IMG/VR virus record: IMGVR_UViG_3300022921_000002
Span: 157,448-221,447 of that record
Length of the DNA stretch: 64,000 nucleotides
Direction: 5' to 3' (one strand)
A program made the translations under genes and the position numbers. Every line of letters begins with the position of its first letter. Position 1 is the stretch's first letter. The notes under the pieces were generated by a model that saw only the letters and a list, made by a program, of their open reading frames with translations, had not been told where the DNA came from and did no database searches. This document shows positions 46,750 through 55,918 of this stretch, piece after piece.

Positions 46750-47703
46750 ATGGCACACGAACTTGAAATGGTAAACGGCGAAGCACAAATGGCATATCGC
46801 AAAAGTCAAGGATTACCTTGGCACGGTCTAGGCACACCAGTTGATGATAATATGTCACCACAGGAAATGATGCAAGCCGCAGGACTTGATTGGTCAGTTG
46901 AAGAAGTAGAATGTTTTGCCCCTTGGAAAGGTGAGAATATTGCCACAGGAACAAAGGCACTTATCCGTTCAACTGATGGTAAAGTACTAACGCAAGTCGG
47001 TAAGAATTGGAACCCAGTTCAGAATTCCGACGCATTTGATTTCTTTACTGAATTTGTATCAAACGGTGATATGCAGATGGATACTGCAGGATCACTTAAA
47101 GATGGCCAACTTGTATGGGCAATGGCAGACGTGAATGACGGTTTCTCATTGTTTAACGGTGATGAGGTAAACGGTTACTTGTTGTTTTCAAACCCACATA
47201 TGTATGGTAAAGCAATTGATATTAAATTCGTAATGGAACGTGTTGTATGTAACAATACATTGGCAGTGGCGTTAAATGAAAAAGGTCAGCCATCCGTTCG
47301 CATGAACCACCGTTCAGTTTTTGATCCTGTAAAGGTTAAAGAAATTCTTGGTCTTGGTCATAACAAGGTTCAGCAATTCAAAGAAGCAGCAAACTTCTTA
47401 GGTACTCGTCGCTATACTGATGAGAAGCTTACAGAATTCTTTGGTGTTGTATTTGGCAAATCAACAAAGGAAAAAGAAATCCTTGCACGTACAGCAAAAG
47501 AAGCAATGGCATTGGTTGAAGATCAACCAGGTGCAGATTTTGCGCCAGGCACATGGTGGAATGCTTACAATGCCGTTACTTATATGACTGACCACAAACT
47601 AGGTCGTTCTACCGACTCACGCATGGCATCAGCATGGTTTGGTGGCAATGCAAAACGTAAAGTTGATGCACTTGATACAGCATTGGAAATGGCAAATGCT
47701 TGA
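46750..47703 (+). CDS. DUF932 family protein
   Basis: MAHELE, PWHGLG, AGLDW, TAGSL, RVVCNNTL, GTWWNAYNAVT. Confidence 0.85.
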   Translation: MAHELEMVNGEAQMAYRKSQGLPWHGLGTPVDDNMSPQEMMQAAGLDWSVEEVECFAPWKGENIATGTKALIRSTDGKVLTQVGKNWNPVQNSDAFDFFTEFVSNGDMQMDTAGSLKDGQLVWAMADVNDGFSLFNGDEVNGYLLFSNPHMYGKAIDIKFVMERVVCNNTLAVALNEKGQPSVRMNHRSVFDPVKVKEILGLGHNKVQQFKEAANFLGTRRYTDEKLTEFFGVVFGKSTKEKEILARTAKEAMALVEDQPGADFAPGTWWNAYNAVTYMTDHKLGRSTDSRMASAWFGGNAKRKVDALDTALEMANA

Positions 47704-47723
47704 TATTAAATCAGTTATAATTT

Positions 47724-47752
47724 GGGGAGTAGCTTGCGGGCTACTCCTTATT
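47724..47752 (+). terminator. Hairpin, probable terminator
   Basis: GGAGTAGC-TTGCGG-GCTACTCC then TTATT. Confidence 0.55.
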
Positions 47753-47797
47753 CTCGCTGATCCATTAATGATTATCCGACCACTATAGGAGCACTAA

Positions 47798-48166
47798 ATG
47801 AATTACTCATTATTATTTTCAGTTTGCCATCTTGTAAGTATTTCAATGTATTCTTATTTGCAAGATGAACGTTATTTAATTATCGCAGGCGCAATGCTTG
47901 TTTGGTCACTTTTTAATTTTATCAAAGTTGGTGCGTTAGTTCTATCACCACAATTTGAAATATCTCTCGATTTGAATGAAGATATTCCTTTATCTTATAA
48001 GTATTTGCTAATCTGTGCATCAGCATTATCAGCATACGCAATATGGTCTATAGGCTATAGTTTTTTCGCAGGGTTTTCTGCCGTTTATATTATAACTGTA
48101 TTTGTATCTTTAACTATCCAACTATTTGATATTGATATGACAACTACAGATGAGGATGAAGAATGA
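47798..48166 (+). CDS. Hypothetical membrane protein
   Basis: About four hydrophobic segments; AGGAG RBS. Confidence 0.6.
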   Translation: MNYSLLFSVCHLVSISMYSYLQDERYLIIAGAMLVWSLFNFIKVGALVLSPQFEISLDLNEDIPLSYKYLLICASALSAYAIWSIGYSFFAGFSAVYIITVFVSLTIQLFDIDMTTTDEDEE

Positions 48167-48588
48167 AGATTTTAATATTTGGCTTGCCGGGTTCAGGTAA
48201 AACCTGGCTTGCCGAACGACTACAAAAGCGTTTGAATTGCGCTTGGTTCAATGCCGATAAAATCCGTGAAATGGCAAACGACTGGGAATTCAGTGAAGCT
48301 GCTCGTTTACGCCAAGCTTATCGCATGAAAGGTATTGCTGATTACGAAAAAGAAATGAGACGAATGGTTATCTGTGATTTCGTTTGTCCACTTGAAGAAA
48401 CAAGAGAAATCTTTGATGCCGATTATACCGTATGGATGGATACTATCCAAGAAGGTCGATTTGGTGATACTAATAAAATGTTTCAAAAACCTTCAGAGGT
48501 TAATTACCATGTAGAAAAATGGTTTGATAACACAGATGAAGGTTTAGCAGATGCTATTGAAAGACATATAAGGATTAATAATGTTTGA
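48163..48588 (+). CDS. Adenylyl-sulfate (APS) kinase-like P-loop kinase
   Basis: GLPGSGKT, FNADKIR, FSEAARLRQ, ICDFVCP, FQKP. Confidence 0.65.
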   Translation: MKILIFGLPGSGKTWLAERLQKRLNCAWFNADKIREMANDWEFSEAARLRQAYRMKGIADYEKEMRRMVICDFVCPLEETREIFDADYTVWMDTIQEGRFGDTNKMFQKPSEVNYHVEKWFDNTDEGLADAIERHIRINNV

Positions 48589-48988
48589 TTACAAGAAACC
48601 AACAGTACAGATGCTAGGTCGATGGCAACCTTGGCATGATGGTCACACCGAACTATTTAAACGTGCTCATTCAATCACAGGTCAAGTTGTTATTATGGTC
48701 CGTGACGTATTTAACTTTGACGGTGATGCAGGTGCAGGTCGTACCGCAACACAAGATGATAATCCTTTTGGTATTATTGACGTTATTAATAATATTGAAG
48801 CAGGTCTTAGACTACACGGATTTGAAAATGGTTATGAGTATTTGATTTTAGAAGTACCTAACATTGTTGATATTAGTTACGGTCGTGGTGTTGGATATAC
48901 ATTTACCGAACACGATTTGGGTAAAGACATCCATGACATATCAGCAACAAAAATTCGTCAACAAATGCGAAAAGAAGGAAAACTCTAA
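48581..48988 (+). CDS. HxGH nucleotidyltransferase (cytidylyltransferase-like)
   Basis: LGRWQPWHDGH, DNPF, ISATKIR. Confidence 0.7.
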   Translation: MFDYKKPTVQMLGRWQPWHDGHTELFKRAHSITGQVVIMVRDVFNFDGDAGAGRTATQDDNPFGIIDVINNIEAGLRLHGFENGYEYLILEVPNIVDISYGRGVGYTFTEHDLGKDIHDISATKIRQQMRKEGKL

Positions 48989-49332
48989 TGGAAGCCCCAG
49001 TTTTTGAAAAGGGATACCCAAGCTATGACGCGGTCAACCGTGATAGAATGGGTGATATGAAATTTACAACAGCAGGAGATATTATGGCAGCACAAGACAC
49101 ATATCAAGTAACAGCAGATGAAATTCGTTCTTTTATTGAACGGTTTGAGCGTCTGCAAACAGAAAAGCAAGACATTCAAGATGCTCAAAAAGAAGTGATG
49201 GTTGAGGCAAAAGGACGAGGTTATGATACTAAGGTTCTACGTAAAGTCATTGCAATTCGTAAACGTAACCGTGACGATGTAGATAATGAGAATGCTGTAA
49301 CTCAAATGTATATGGAAGCATTGGGAATGTAA
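48988..49332 (+). CDS. GapR / DUF2312 DNA-binding protein
   Basis: ADEIRSFIERFERLQTEK...EAKGRGYDTKVLRKVIAIRK...YMEALGM; true start may be further downstream (e.g. 49048). Confidence 0.85.
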   Translation: MEAPVFEKGYPSYDAVNRDRMGDMKFTTAGDIMAAQDTYQVTADEIRSFIERFERLQTEKQDIQDAQKEVMVEAKGRGYDTKVLRKVIAIRKRNRDDVDNENAVTQMYMEALGM

Positions 49333-49355
49333 TTTACAAGTTACAATCTGGCATT

Positions 49356-49382
49356 AAAAAAGGAGGGGAAAATCCCCTCCTT
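49356..49382 (-). terminator. Intrinsic terminator downstream of the major capsid gene
   Basis: AAGGAGGGGA/TCCCCTCCTT stem with a U-tract on the minus strand; sits at the convergence of the two transcription directions. Confidence 0.8.
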
Positions 49383-49419
49383 AGTAGTATCGTTAACCGA
49401 TATCTTATTATTATTGTTC

Positions 49420-50745
49420 TTAGAACAAGTTAGATACCAATACACGGCGGTAGTACAAGTTGGTGTTTGCTGTAAGAGCACCAAGACCTTGTGAGTCGTG
49501 GTCACCTTCAGCATATGGGTTAGCAACCATACCGTAGCGAGTCTTAAACCCGATTTTTGGTTGGAAGCTGTTTTCACCAACGGCACGAACCATTTGCAAC
49601 GGTACGTATGGGCAATAGAACAAGCCAGCATCAAATGCACTTGAACCTTTATAACCGACAACCAAATAGTTGCTGCCTGCATATGGGTCAATATACACTC
49701 TGTAACGACCGTTAAGAACACCGGCGAATGTGTTGCCTGTATCATCAACTGCCAAGTTGTTACCGTTAAGTGCTGGTGTGTAGTCGAGTACACCGGCCAT
49801 TTGCAATGCTGATGCAACATCAGAAGAACAGATAACCATGTTACCTTTACCACGACGTGTACCTTTTGCGATTGCGTTTGCTTCTTGTTCAATTTGGAAC
49901 ATCAAGCCCTTGAACTTCTCAACAGACCAACGTCCGTTTGCATCAACGTCAAGATCGAATGTACCAGGAGTAGCTGTAGCTGTTGCACCTGCTTTAGCAG
50001 TTGTGTAAATTGTACGAACTAATTCACGGTTGATTTCGACCAAGATTTCTGATTGCAGAATGTTTGCCAGCTCTGTTTCAGCATCCAAACCGTGTACGGC
50101 TTTAAGATCCTGAGCAAGTTCTGTTGTGTATTCTGCTTTCAATGCGCGTGATTTTGCAGTTACGGCAACTTTCTCGATTGAGAATGCCATTTCAGCAAAT
50201 CCTGCACCTACACCGTCGCCCAATGCTTCAGCTGCTGCTGTTGTCATACCTGTACCAGTATTAGCAGTTGCAGCGGAACCAACAGTACCCGCAGATGCGC
50301 CAGCACCTGAGAAGCCTGTTGCTGCTTCGTTGTAGAATGCTTCGTCACCAGCTTGGCTGGTGTAATGCGAACGCATTGCGAAGATCAAGCCTGTTGGGCC
50401 TGTCATAGGTTGAACACCAGCAATGTCATATGCCATCAAGTTTGGCATAGCACGGCGTACCAATGAAATCAGGATAGGATCGTAACCTGCAACAGGACCT
50501 GCTGCAGTTGCGCCTGAACTGAAACCTGCTGGTGCGGAACCTGCAGCATTGGTTGGTGCGGCTTCTGACAACAAGGAGCTCATGCCCACTTGTGTGTCGC
50601 CTGACTCCATAAGAGCCTTTTCTGTGTTTTCAAGAATTGTAGCGGTTACGCTTTTCTTGTGCTGATCGGCGATTGGTGAAAAAGAATCGTGCTCAAGAAT
50701 TGGGCCCCACTTCTCCACAAGCGCTTGATAGTTTGACTGAGTCAT
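49420..50745 (-). CDS. Major capsid protein (T4 gp23-like)
   Basis: LVRRAMPNL, GVQPMTGPTGLIFAMR, AKSRALKAEYT, FYCPYVPLQ, FQPKIGFKTRYG. Confidence 0.98.
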   Translation of the reverse strand: MTQSNYQALVEKWGPILEHDSFSPIADQHKKSVTATILENTEKALMESGDTQVGMSSLLSEAAPTNAAGSAPAGFSSGATAAGPVAGYDPILISLVRRAMPNLMAYDIAGVQPMTGPTGLIFAMRSHYTSQAGDEAFYNEAATGFSGAGASAGTVGSAATANTGTGMTTAAAEALGDGVGAGFAEMAFSIEKVAVTAKSRALKAEYTTELAQDLKAVHGLDAETELANILQSEILVEINRELVRTIYTTAKAGATATATPGTFDLDVDANGRWSVEKFKGLMFQIEQEANAIAKGTRRGKGNMVICSSDVASALQMAGVLDYTPALNGNNLAVDDTGNTFAGVLNGRYRVYIDPYAGSNYLVVGYKGSSAFDAGLFYCPYVPLQMVRAVGENSFQPKIGFKTRYGMVANPYAEGDHDSQGLGALTANTNLYYRRVLVSNLF

Positions 50746-50782
50746 ATCTGTCTATCTCCTTGTTTTGGTTTTCTTCTGGATA

Positions 50783-50790
50783 TATTTATA
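50783..50790 (-). promoter_or_regulatory. T4-type late promoter for the gp23-like gene
   Basis: TATAAATA on the minus strand; further copies at 51800, 52539, 57829 and 63757. Confidence 0.75.
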
Positions 50791-50797
50791 AAAGTTA

Positions 50798-51763
50798 TTA
50801 TTTCAAATGTGTTTTAGCATTAAGAGCCTCGACGAGAGCATTAACTGTATAATAATCCGATGCAGGTTTAGCTACAACGGTATCTTCTACAATGATTTCG
50901 TCTTCCTCAACATTAGCATCTTCCGTTACGGCTTTTGCTTCTGCAAAGAATGATTCCTTAAGAGTATTAAGGTTTGCGGTGTACTCTTCGATATTATTAA
51001 AATCGAGCTTTTCAGCAAGAACCTTCATTCTTTCCTGTTGGGTCAGAGTAAGATCCTCAGTGACTTCTGCGAACACTTTTCCGGCTTGCAAAGAAGTGAT
51101 CTCTTTTTGCAATGCAATGTTCTCGTCAATACGAGTATTTGCATCAGTTTTCAATCCTTCAACTTCTTCTTCAAGCTCAGCAACAACATCAATGGTATCT
51201 TCATTGATTGCAATGTTGTGCTCTTCAAAAAGTCCTTTCAGACCGTCCATCAACGATTCTGCCATTTCAACCTTAATGCCGGCTTCGATAGCAACTTCGT
51301 TTTCTGTCATCCACTCTTCTACAACATAGTCGAGATAGGAATCTAGGTTTTCAACAAGGCCATTGACAGTTGAGTCAATTGAAGATTTCATTTCTTCATC
51401 AAGCTGTGTTGAATATTCTTCATTCATTTTGGCAGCTTTTGCCGCAGCACTTTCATTTACTGCTGCTTCAAATACCAAAGTTACTTTTGATTTAAACTCT
51501 TCTGAAAGATCCATGCCTTCAAACATTGCTGAGATTGATTCGTCAAGTTCAACGACTTCTTCTACAACAACTTCTGCATCAGCAGATTCTGCATCTTCTT
51601 TCATTCCAGGTGTTACTGCTGCAATTTTTTCAGGTGTTGGATCAACCTTCTTTGCTACATCAGCCTTGTGTTTTTTTGCCGTACCGCCTTTTGGTGTAAC
51701 AGGATCTTCAACTGAAGAAACACCATCGTCGGCTACAAACTTTTCTTGTAGTTCATCTGACAT
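50798..51763 (-). CDS. Prohead core scaffold protein (gp22-like)
   Basis: Acidic coiled coil; LSEEFKSK, FEAAV, YLDYVVEEWM; synteny. Confidence 0.92.
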   Translation of the reverse strand: MSDELQEKFVADDGVSSVEDPVTPKGGTAKKHKADVAKKVDPTPEKIAAVTPGMKEDAESADAEVVVEEVVELDESISAMFEGMDLSEEFKSKVTLVFEAAVNESAAAKAAKMNEEYSTQLDEEMKSSIDSTVNGLVENLDSYLDYVVEEWMTENEVAIEAGIKVEMAESLMDGLKGLFEEHNIAINEDTIDVVAELEEEVEGLKTDANTRIDENIALQKEITSLQAGKVFAEVTEDLTLTQQERMKVLAEKLDFNNIEEYTANLNTLKESFFAEAKAVTEDANVEEDEIIVEDTVVAKPASDYYTVNALVEALNAKTHLK

Positions 51764-51811
51764 GCTTACTACTCCTTTTGTTATATTCTTTATACCTAAT
51801 ATTTATAATTT

Positions 51812-52513
51812 TCATTTTCTGAGTGATTCGATAAATTTATTCAACATAGCAGCTGCTTGTGCTTCATCAATCCGCTTGACAACTGTTTTGTATTGTGTTT
51901 CAACTTCTTGTTGAATTTCTTCAATCACTTCAGCAACCTGTTCTTGAACCTGCGCAGGCAACCAAGAAGATGAAGCAATGTCATAAAAGTATTCAACATT
52001 TTCCATAATACCATTTACGAAACAATTAGGGCCAGACGGATCGGTTACAACATCAACAGTAGCTAAATGGAAATCTGATTGAACTTCCATGATACCATCT
52101 TTTGTTGGTTTAACTGAACCAAGTCCACGTGTTGATACACCGACCTGAACTCCTTCGTCAATGAATGTCTTAACAATTTCACCCATTGGAGTACCAAGCA
52201 ATTTTGCTTTACCCATAAAGTTTGAACCATCTCTCCTCATTTCAGTAATCAAATGAGATACACGGTCGCCGTTTACGGTTGGTCCATCAGGGTGACCAAG
52301 TTCCCCAAGAGCTCGTTTGGTTTCAACAAAATCTTTATTGTATCGAACCATTTCTTTCTCAAGGATTTCGGATGGGTAACATCTACCGTTGCGATTGTTA
52401 ATGTCACCTTGCATAAAGATACCTTCAATGAAGTAGGACTTTTTGCCAGTTTCTTCATTTAATTCTGTGCTCGTTGAGGCACTTTCGTTAAAAATTTCTG
52501 TAATAAGTTTCAT
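51812..52513 (-). CDS. Prohead protease (gp21-like)
   Basis: MKLITE, IEGIFMQ, NRNGRCY, ALGELGHP, GVSTRGLGS, DVVTDPS. Confidence 0.96.
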   Translation of the reverse strand: MKLITEIFNESASTSTELNEETGKKSYFIEGIFMQGDINNRNGRCYPSEILEKEMVRYNKDFVETKRALGELGHPDGPTVNGDRVSHLITEMRRDGSNFMGKAKLLGTPMGEIVKTFIDEGVQVGVSTRGLGSVKPTKDGIMEVQSDFHLATVDVVTDPSGPNCFVNGIMENVEYFYDIASSSWLPAQVQEQVAEVIEEIQQEVETQYKTVVKRIDEAQAAAMLNKFIESLRK

Positions 52514-52567
52514 ATCATTAGGTCCTTTATTTGTAATATATTTATAATATTATTACCTTTTAATCCT

Positions 52568-53776
52568 TTATTGAAGTGCTTCTCTTGCAAATCCTACAAT
52601 TTCGTCAAAACCTGCTTGATCTTTTTTCATAACGGATTCCATTTGTTTACGGTTTTTTGTATTCAAACCTTTAAACATTGAATTAAGCAATTTTGCATCT
52701 TGAGGTGAAATCCTAGTTGATTTACCGTTGTCAAATTTAAAATTACCAGATTTTACTGCTTCGTCAATCGTAGCTGCTTCATTTTTCTCCCAAGGGGCTT
52801 TTTTCAATGTGACTGCTTTTTTACCCTCTTTGGATGGCGCTGTTGCCTTATCCAATTCTTTTGCAAGTGCAGCACTTTGGCTTTCTTTAACACCACCGCC
52901 AAGAGCCTTTTTGATTAACTCATTTGCTTTAACTTTTTTGACTTCCGACATTTTATCCATGCCATGGTCATCTGTTTGTTTTGCTCTTGTTGTTCTCATA
53001 ACTGTGCGAGTTTTGCCATCAGGACCAGTCATAGTTACTGGTTTTTTTGTAGCAGCTTGAGTTGTTTCCTCAAGTTCTTCGCCCATTGACATTACTTCGG
53101 CTGTTGCATAACTGTAAAGTGTTTGCATTTCTTTTGCCACACCTGCCAATTTGTTTTGAAACCATTCTTCAGGATCTGATGTTTTTGACACATATGCCGC
53201 AATACCTTGCATTGCGTGTGACATTGAACGCAAAGCATTCATCATCATTGGCTTTTCTTCCATTGGGTTTTCAGCAAGATCAACATCTTCTTTCATAGAA
53301 TTTTTATATAGATCCAATGCTTTTGCATATTTTGGATTTTTCATCATACGTTTTGATTCACCGTGATCTGGATTATCGTGTGCCATACGGACCGTAGGCT
53401 CATCCAAGGAATGCTTTTTCATATGTTTCTTATATGCATCAAACTTCTTAGGATCGACGGTCTTGCCAAAGGATTTACTCATTGGTTTCATTGAACGTGA
53501 GATCTCATCAATTTGTTTTGCTTCTTCGCCTAACTTACGACCGCCACCTGCATCTGAACCAGTTTTCTTGATATATGCTGAGTCATATTTTGCATCGGTG
53601 CCATCATCGGCAGGGCGCTTTTTCATAGTTTTACCTTTGATTTCACCAGTAAAAACTGCGTCAGGTGCAACCGGGTGTTTAACTGTTTCAGCATCGTGCA
53701 TATCTTTAAAGCGATTATTTTCATCGGAGCGGTTATGCTTCGATACTTCAGCTAGTTTTTGTTTAAAAGACTTCAT
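52568..53776 (-). CDS. Modular prohead core / internal protein at the gp67-gp68 position
   Basis: Between portal and protease; MKSFKQKLAE N-terminus; QIDE, DLAE, ELEE and TIDE boundaries. Confidence 0.65.
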   Translation of the reverse strand: MKSFKQKLAEVSKHNRSDENNRFKDMHDAETVKHPVAPDAVFTGEIKGKTMKKRPADDGTDAKYDSAYIKKTGSDAGGGRKLGEEAKQIDEISRSMKPMSKSFGKTVDPKKFDAYKKHMKKHSLDEPTVRMAHDNPDHGESKRMMKNPKYAKALDLYKNSMKEDVDLAENPMEEKPMMMNALRSMSHAMQGIAAYVSKTSDPEEWFQNKLAGVAKEMQTLYSYATAEVMSMGEELEETTQAATKKPVTMTGPDGKTRTVMRTTRAKQTDDHGMDKMSEVKKVKANELIKKALGGGVKESQSAALAKELDKATAPSKEGKKAVTLKKAPWEKNEAATIDEAVKSGNFKFDNGKSTRISPQDAKLLNSMFKGLNTKNRKQMESVMKKDQAGFDEIVGFAREALQ

Positions 53777-53814
53777 AACGCCTCTCCTAAATTGATTTAA
53801 TTCTATTTATCATT

Positions 53815-55332
53815 TTATTCTTCTGCAGGCTCATCAGGGTATTCAGCTTTTTCAGCTTCAATCTGTTCCTTCATATCTTTCATTTCATCATCTGACATCT
53901 GAAGGACGTTACGGATAACCCATTCTCTTGAATAATAAACACCAACATGGTCTTCAACATCACGTAGTGTTTGCATACGTTCACGGATAATTTCTGCTTC
54001 TTTTAATTCTTCAAAGTAATTATCATTAATAAAATCGTAACGAATAGCATTTTTGATCTGTGCAAATTCTTCAGGTGTCATAATGCCTTTAAGGATCATT
54101 TGTCTTTCGAGCATAATAGTAAACAATCCAGCAAACCGTGATCTAACACGGCGAATCATTTTAGTAAACTTCAATTCGTCACGAGTAATCTCTGTACTTC
54201 TACCAAAAGTATTCATTGTTTCAGGCTCAAGACGTGTTAACGGTACACGTAATGATTTAAACAACTTGTTCTTAAAGTATTGCATATTTTCATCAGTACT
54301 TAGTGCCTGAGATGAACCTCCTGCAAGTGTATCAACTTCTGTTGACCTTTCACCGCCTCTACGAGGGAACCAAAAGTCTTCAGTCATTGTCATCATTTTG
54401 CGGGCATCACTAATTTCACCAGTACTTGAATTATATTGTAACTTATTCTTATGGCGAACCATCATATCACGTAGATATTGTTCAGCCTTTGATTTCGGCA
54501 AGTTACCAACATCAATATAGAAAATACGGCGTTCAGGTGCTCTCGTTAATGTATAGATAACGGTTGCATCTTCCAACATTCTCAACTGATTGAGTGGTTT
54601 AATTGCGGGATGTAGATATGACAAAACAAGGGAATTAGTTTCATTCATAAGACCTGAAGTAACTCGAGCAACCGAGTCCTTAGCAATTTTGTAGCCTTGT
54701 GTACCTTGAGTTGCTGATGATGATCTATCGGCACCAAATCCATTTTCAGAATACATATAATATTCTGCTTTTACTTTTTTAACTGGGATACCGCTATGTG
54801 TATCCTTTTGACGTTTATCAACCTCACGAATAAGTTTAAGTTTCCGTGGATCAACATATCTTACCTCAACAATACCTTGCTTAAGGTCTTCATTATCAAT
54901 CATCATATGATAATTTAATCTTCCGTCTACATAGAACTTGGAAAATATTTCATATGCGGTATTTTGAAAATCCAATAACGTCAGGACATTTTCAAATTCT
55001 TCAGTAACTTTATTCTTAACTTTGTCGGGAAGATCGGTATCATCTAATACGATCTCGACAATTTTATCATCTGATGAGATACTAATTGCTTCATTAATAA
55101 CTTCATCAATGCCCTGAGTAATTTCAGGTTGCATTGCCATAACTCTATATTTTGTAACAAGCTCGGATTCTGTTTTGGCATTCCCTTCCATATCGAGGAA
55201 TGTACCATAAAAGCCACCCATAGCATTGCCGACGGTAATAGCACCGTCATCATTTTGCGGTTCAGCAAAGGAGACTGGAACATTGTCCGCCTCCTCTACC
55301 TCACGCTTGATTTCAAAACCAAAAATTCTCAT
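53815..55332 (-). CDS. Portal vertex protein (gp20-like)
   Basis: NQLRMLEDA, RAPERRIFYIDVGNLPK, EDFWFPRRGG, EITRDELKF. Confidence 0.97.
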   Translation of the reverse strand: MRIFGFEIKREVEEADNVPVSFAEPQNDDGAITVGNAMGGFYGTFLDMEGNAKTESELVTKYRVMAMQPEITQGIDEVINEAISISSDDKIVEIVLDDTDLPDKVKNKVTEEFENVLTLLDFQNTAYEIFSKFYVDGRLNYHMMIDNEDLKQGIVEVRYVDPRKLKLIREVDKRQKDTHSGIPVKKVKAEYYMYSENGFGADRSSSATQGTQGYKIAKDSVARVTSGLMNETNSLVLSYLHPAIKPLNQLRMLEDATVIYTLTRAPERRIFYIDVGNLPKSKAEQYLRDMMVRHKNKLQYNSSTGEISDARKMMTMTEDFWFPRRGGERSTEVDTLAGGSSQALSTDENMQYFKNKLFKSLRVPLTRLEPETMNTFGRSTEITRDELKFTKMIRRVRSRFAGLFTIMLERQMILKGIMTPEEFAQIKNAIRYDFINDNYFEELKEAEIIRERMQTLRDVEDHVGVYYSREWVIRNVLQMSDDEMKDMKEQIEAEKAEYPDEPAEE

Positions 55333-55355
55333 TTATTTCACCTTGTCATATTATA

Positions 55356-55889
55356 TTAAGTGGTTGGGATACCGGTATTGCCTTCAACTCTCCATAAATC
55401 ATATTGGAAGGTAACACCGAATTCTTCGATGGTATCCTGCTGTTGCCAATCCATTTGAATTCCTTCAATTGCAGTTGGGAACATTCCTTCAAAAACATAT
55501 GTTCTGAGAACTGAACCATTTTTACTGAATTGAGTAATCAACCCATTTGACTTGTAATCCTGTGGCAACCCACGGACATTCGAGTCGTGTGAGTTGATTG
55601 AATTTGACCAAGCTTCCATAGCATTACGGATAGCAAAATCTTCATCGTTGATAATTGTGACCGACCAATCTGCGAATACTCTATCACCTGCGTACTTTAC
55701 TTCTCTTCCAAAGTATGGTACAACATACTGACCTACTGTCGATTCTGGAATTCCCGCAGAACGGACCATGAATGGCACTTTAAAGTCAGCACCCGGAGCG
55801 ACCGGGTTAGTGATTTGAACTTCGAATAGCGTAGGACGAGCACCACCACCAACTAGCTCCGATTTGAACTGATTGATATTAAATGCCAT
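55356..55889 (-). CDS. Tail tube protein (gp19-like)
   Basis: GGARPTLFEV, GREVKYAGDRVF, INDEDFAIR, IEEFGVTFQYD. Confidence 0.95.
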   Translation of the reverse strand: MAFNINQFKSELVGGGARPTLFEVQITNPVAPGADFKVPFMVRSAGIPESTVGQYVVPYFGREVKYAGDRVFADWSVTIINDEDFAIRNAMEAWSNSINSHDSNVRGLPQDYKSNGLITQFSKNGSVLRTYVFEGMFPTAIEGIQMDWQQQDTIEEFGVTFQYDLWRVEGNTGIPTT

Positions 55890-55918
55890 TTTCTATTCTC
55901 CTTTTATTAATCTATTTA

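Noticed and set aside
47724-47790. GGGGAGTAGC resembling the 5' end of a yybP-ykoY Mn riboswitch
   Set aside because: The motif is fully paired in a simple local hairpin, and the other conserved riboswitch elements are not evident
49341-49892. 183-aa alternative-frame ORF inside the major capsid gene, and similar shadow ORFs (e.g. 50892-51914, 62662-63468, 7850-8362)
   Set aside because: They overlap well-supported genes, have no recognisable motifs and are explained by codon bias
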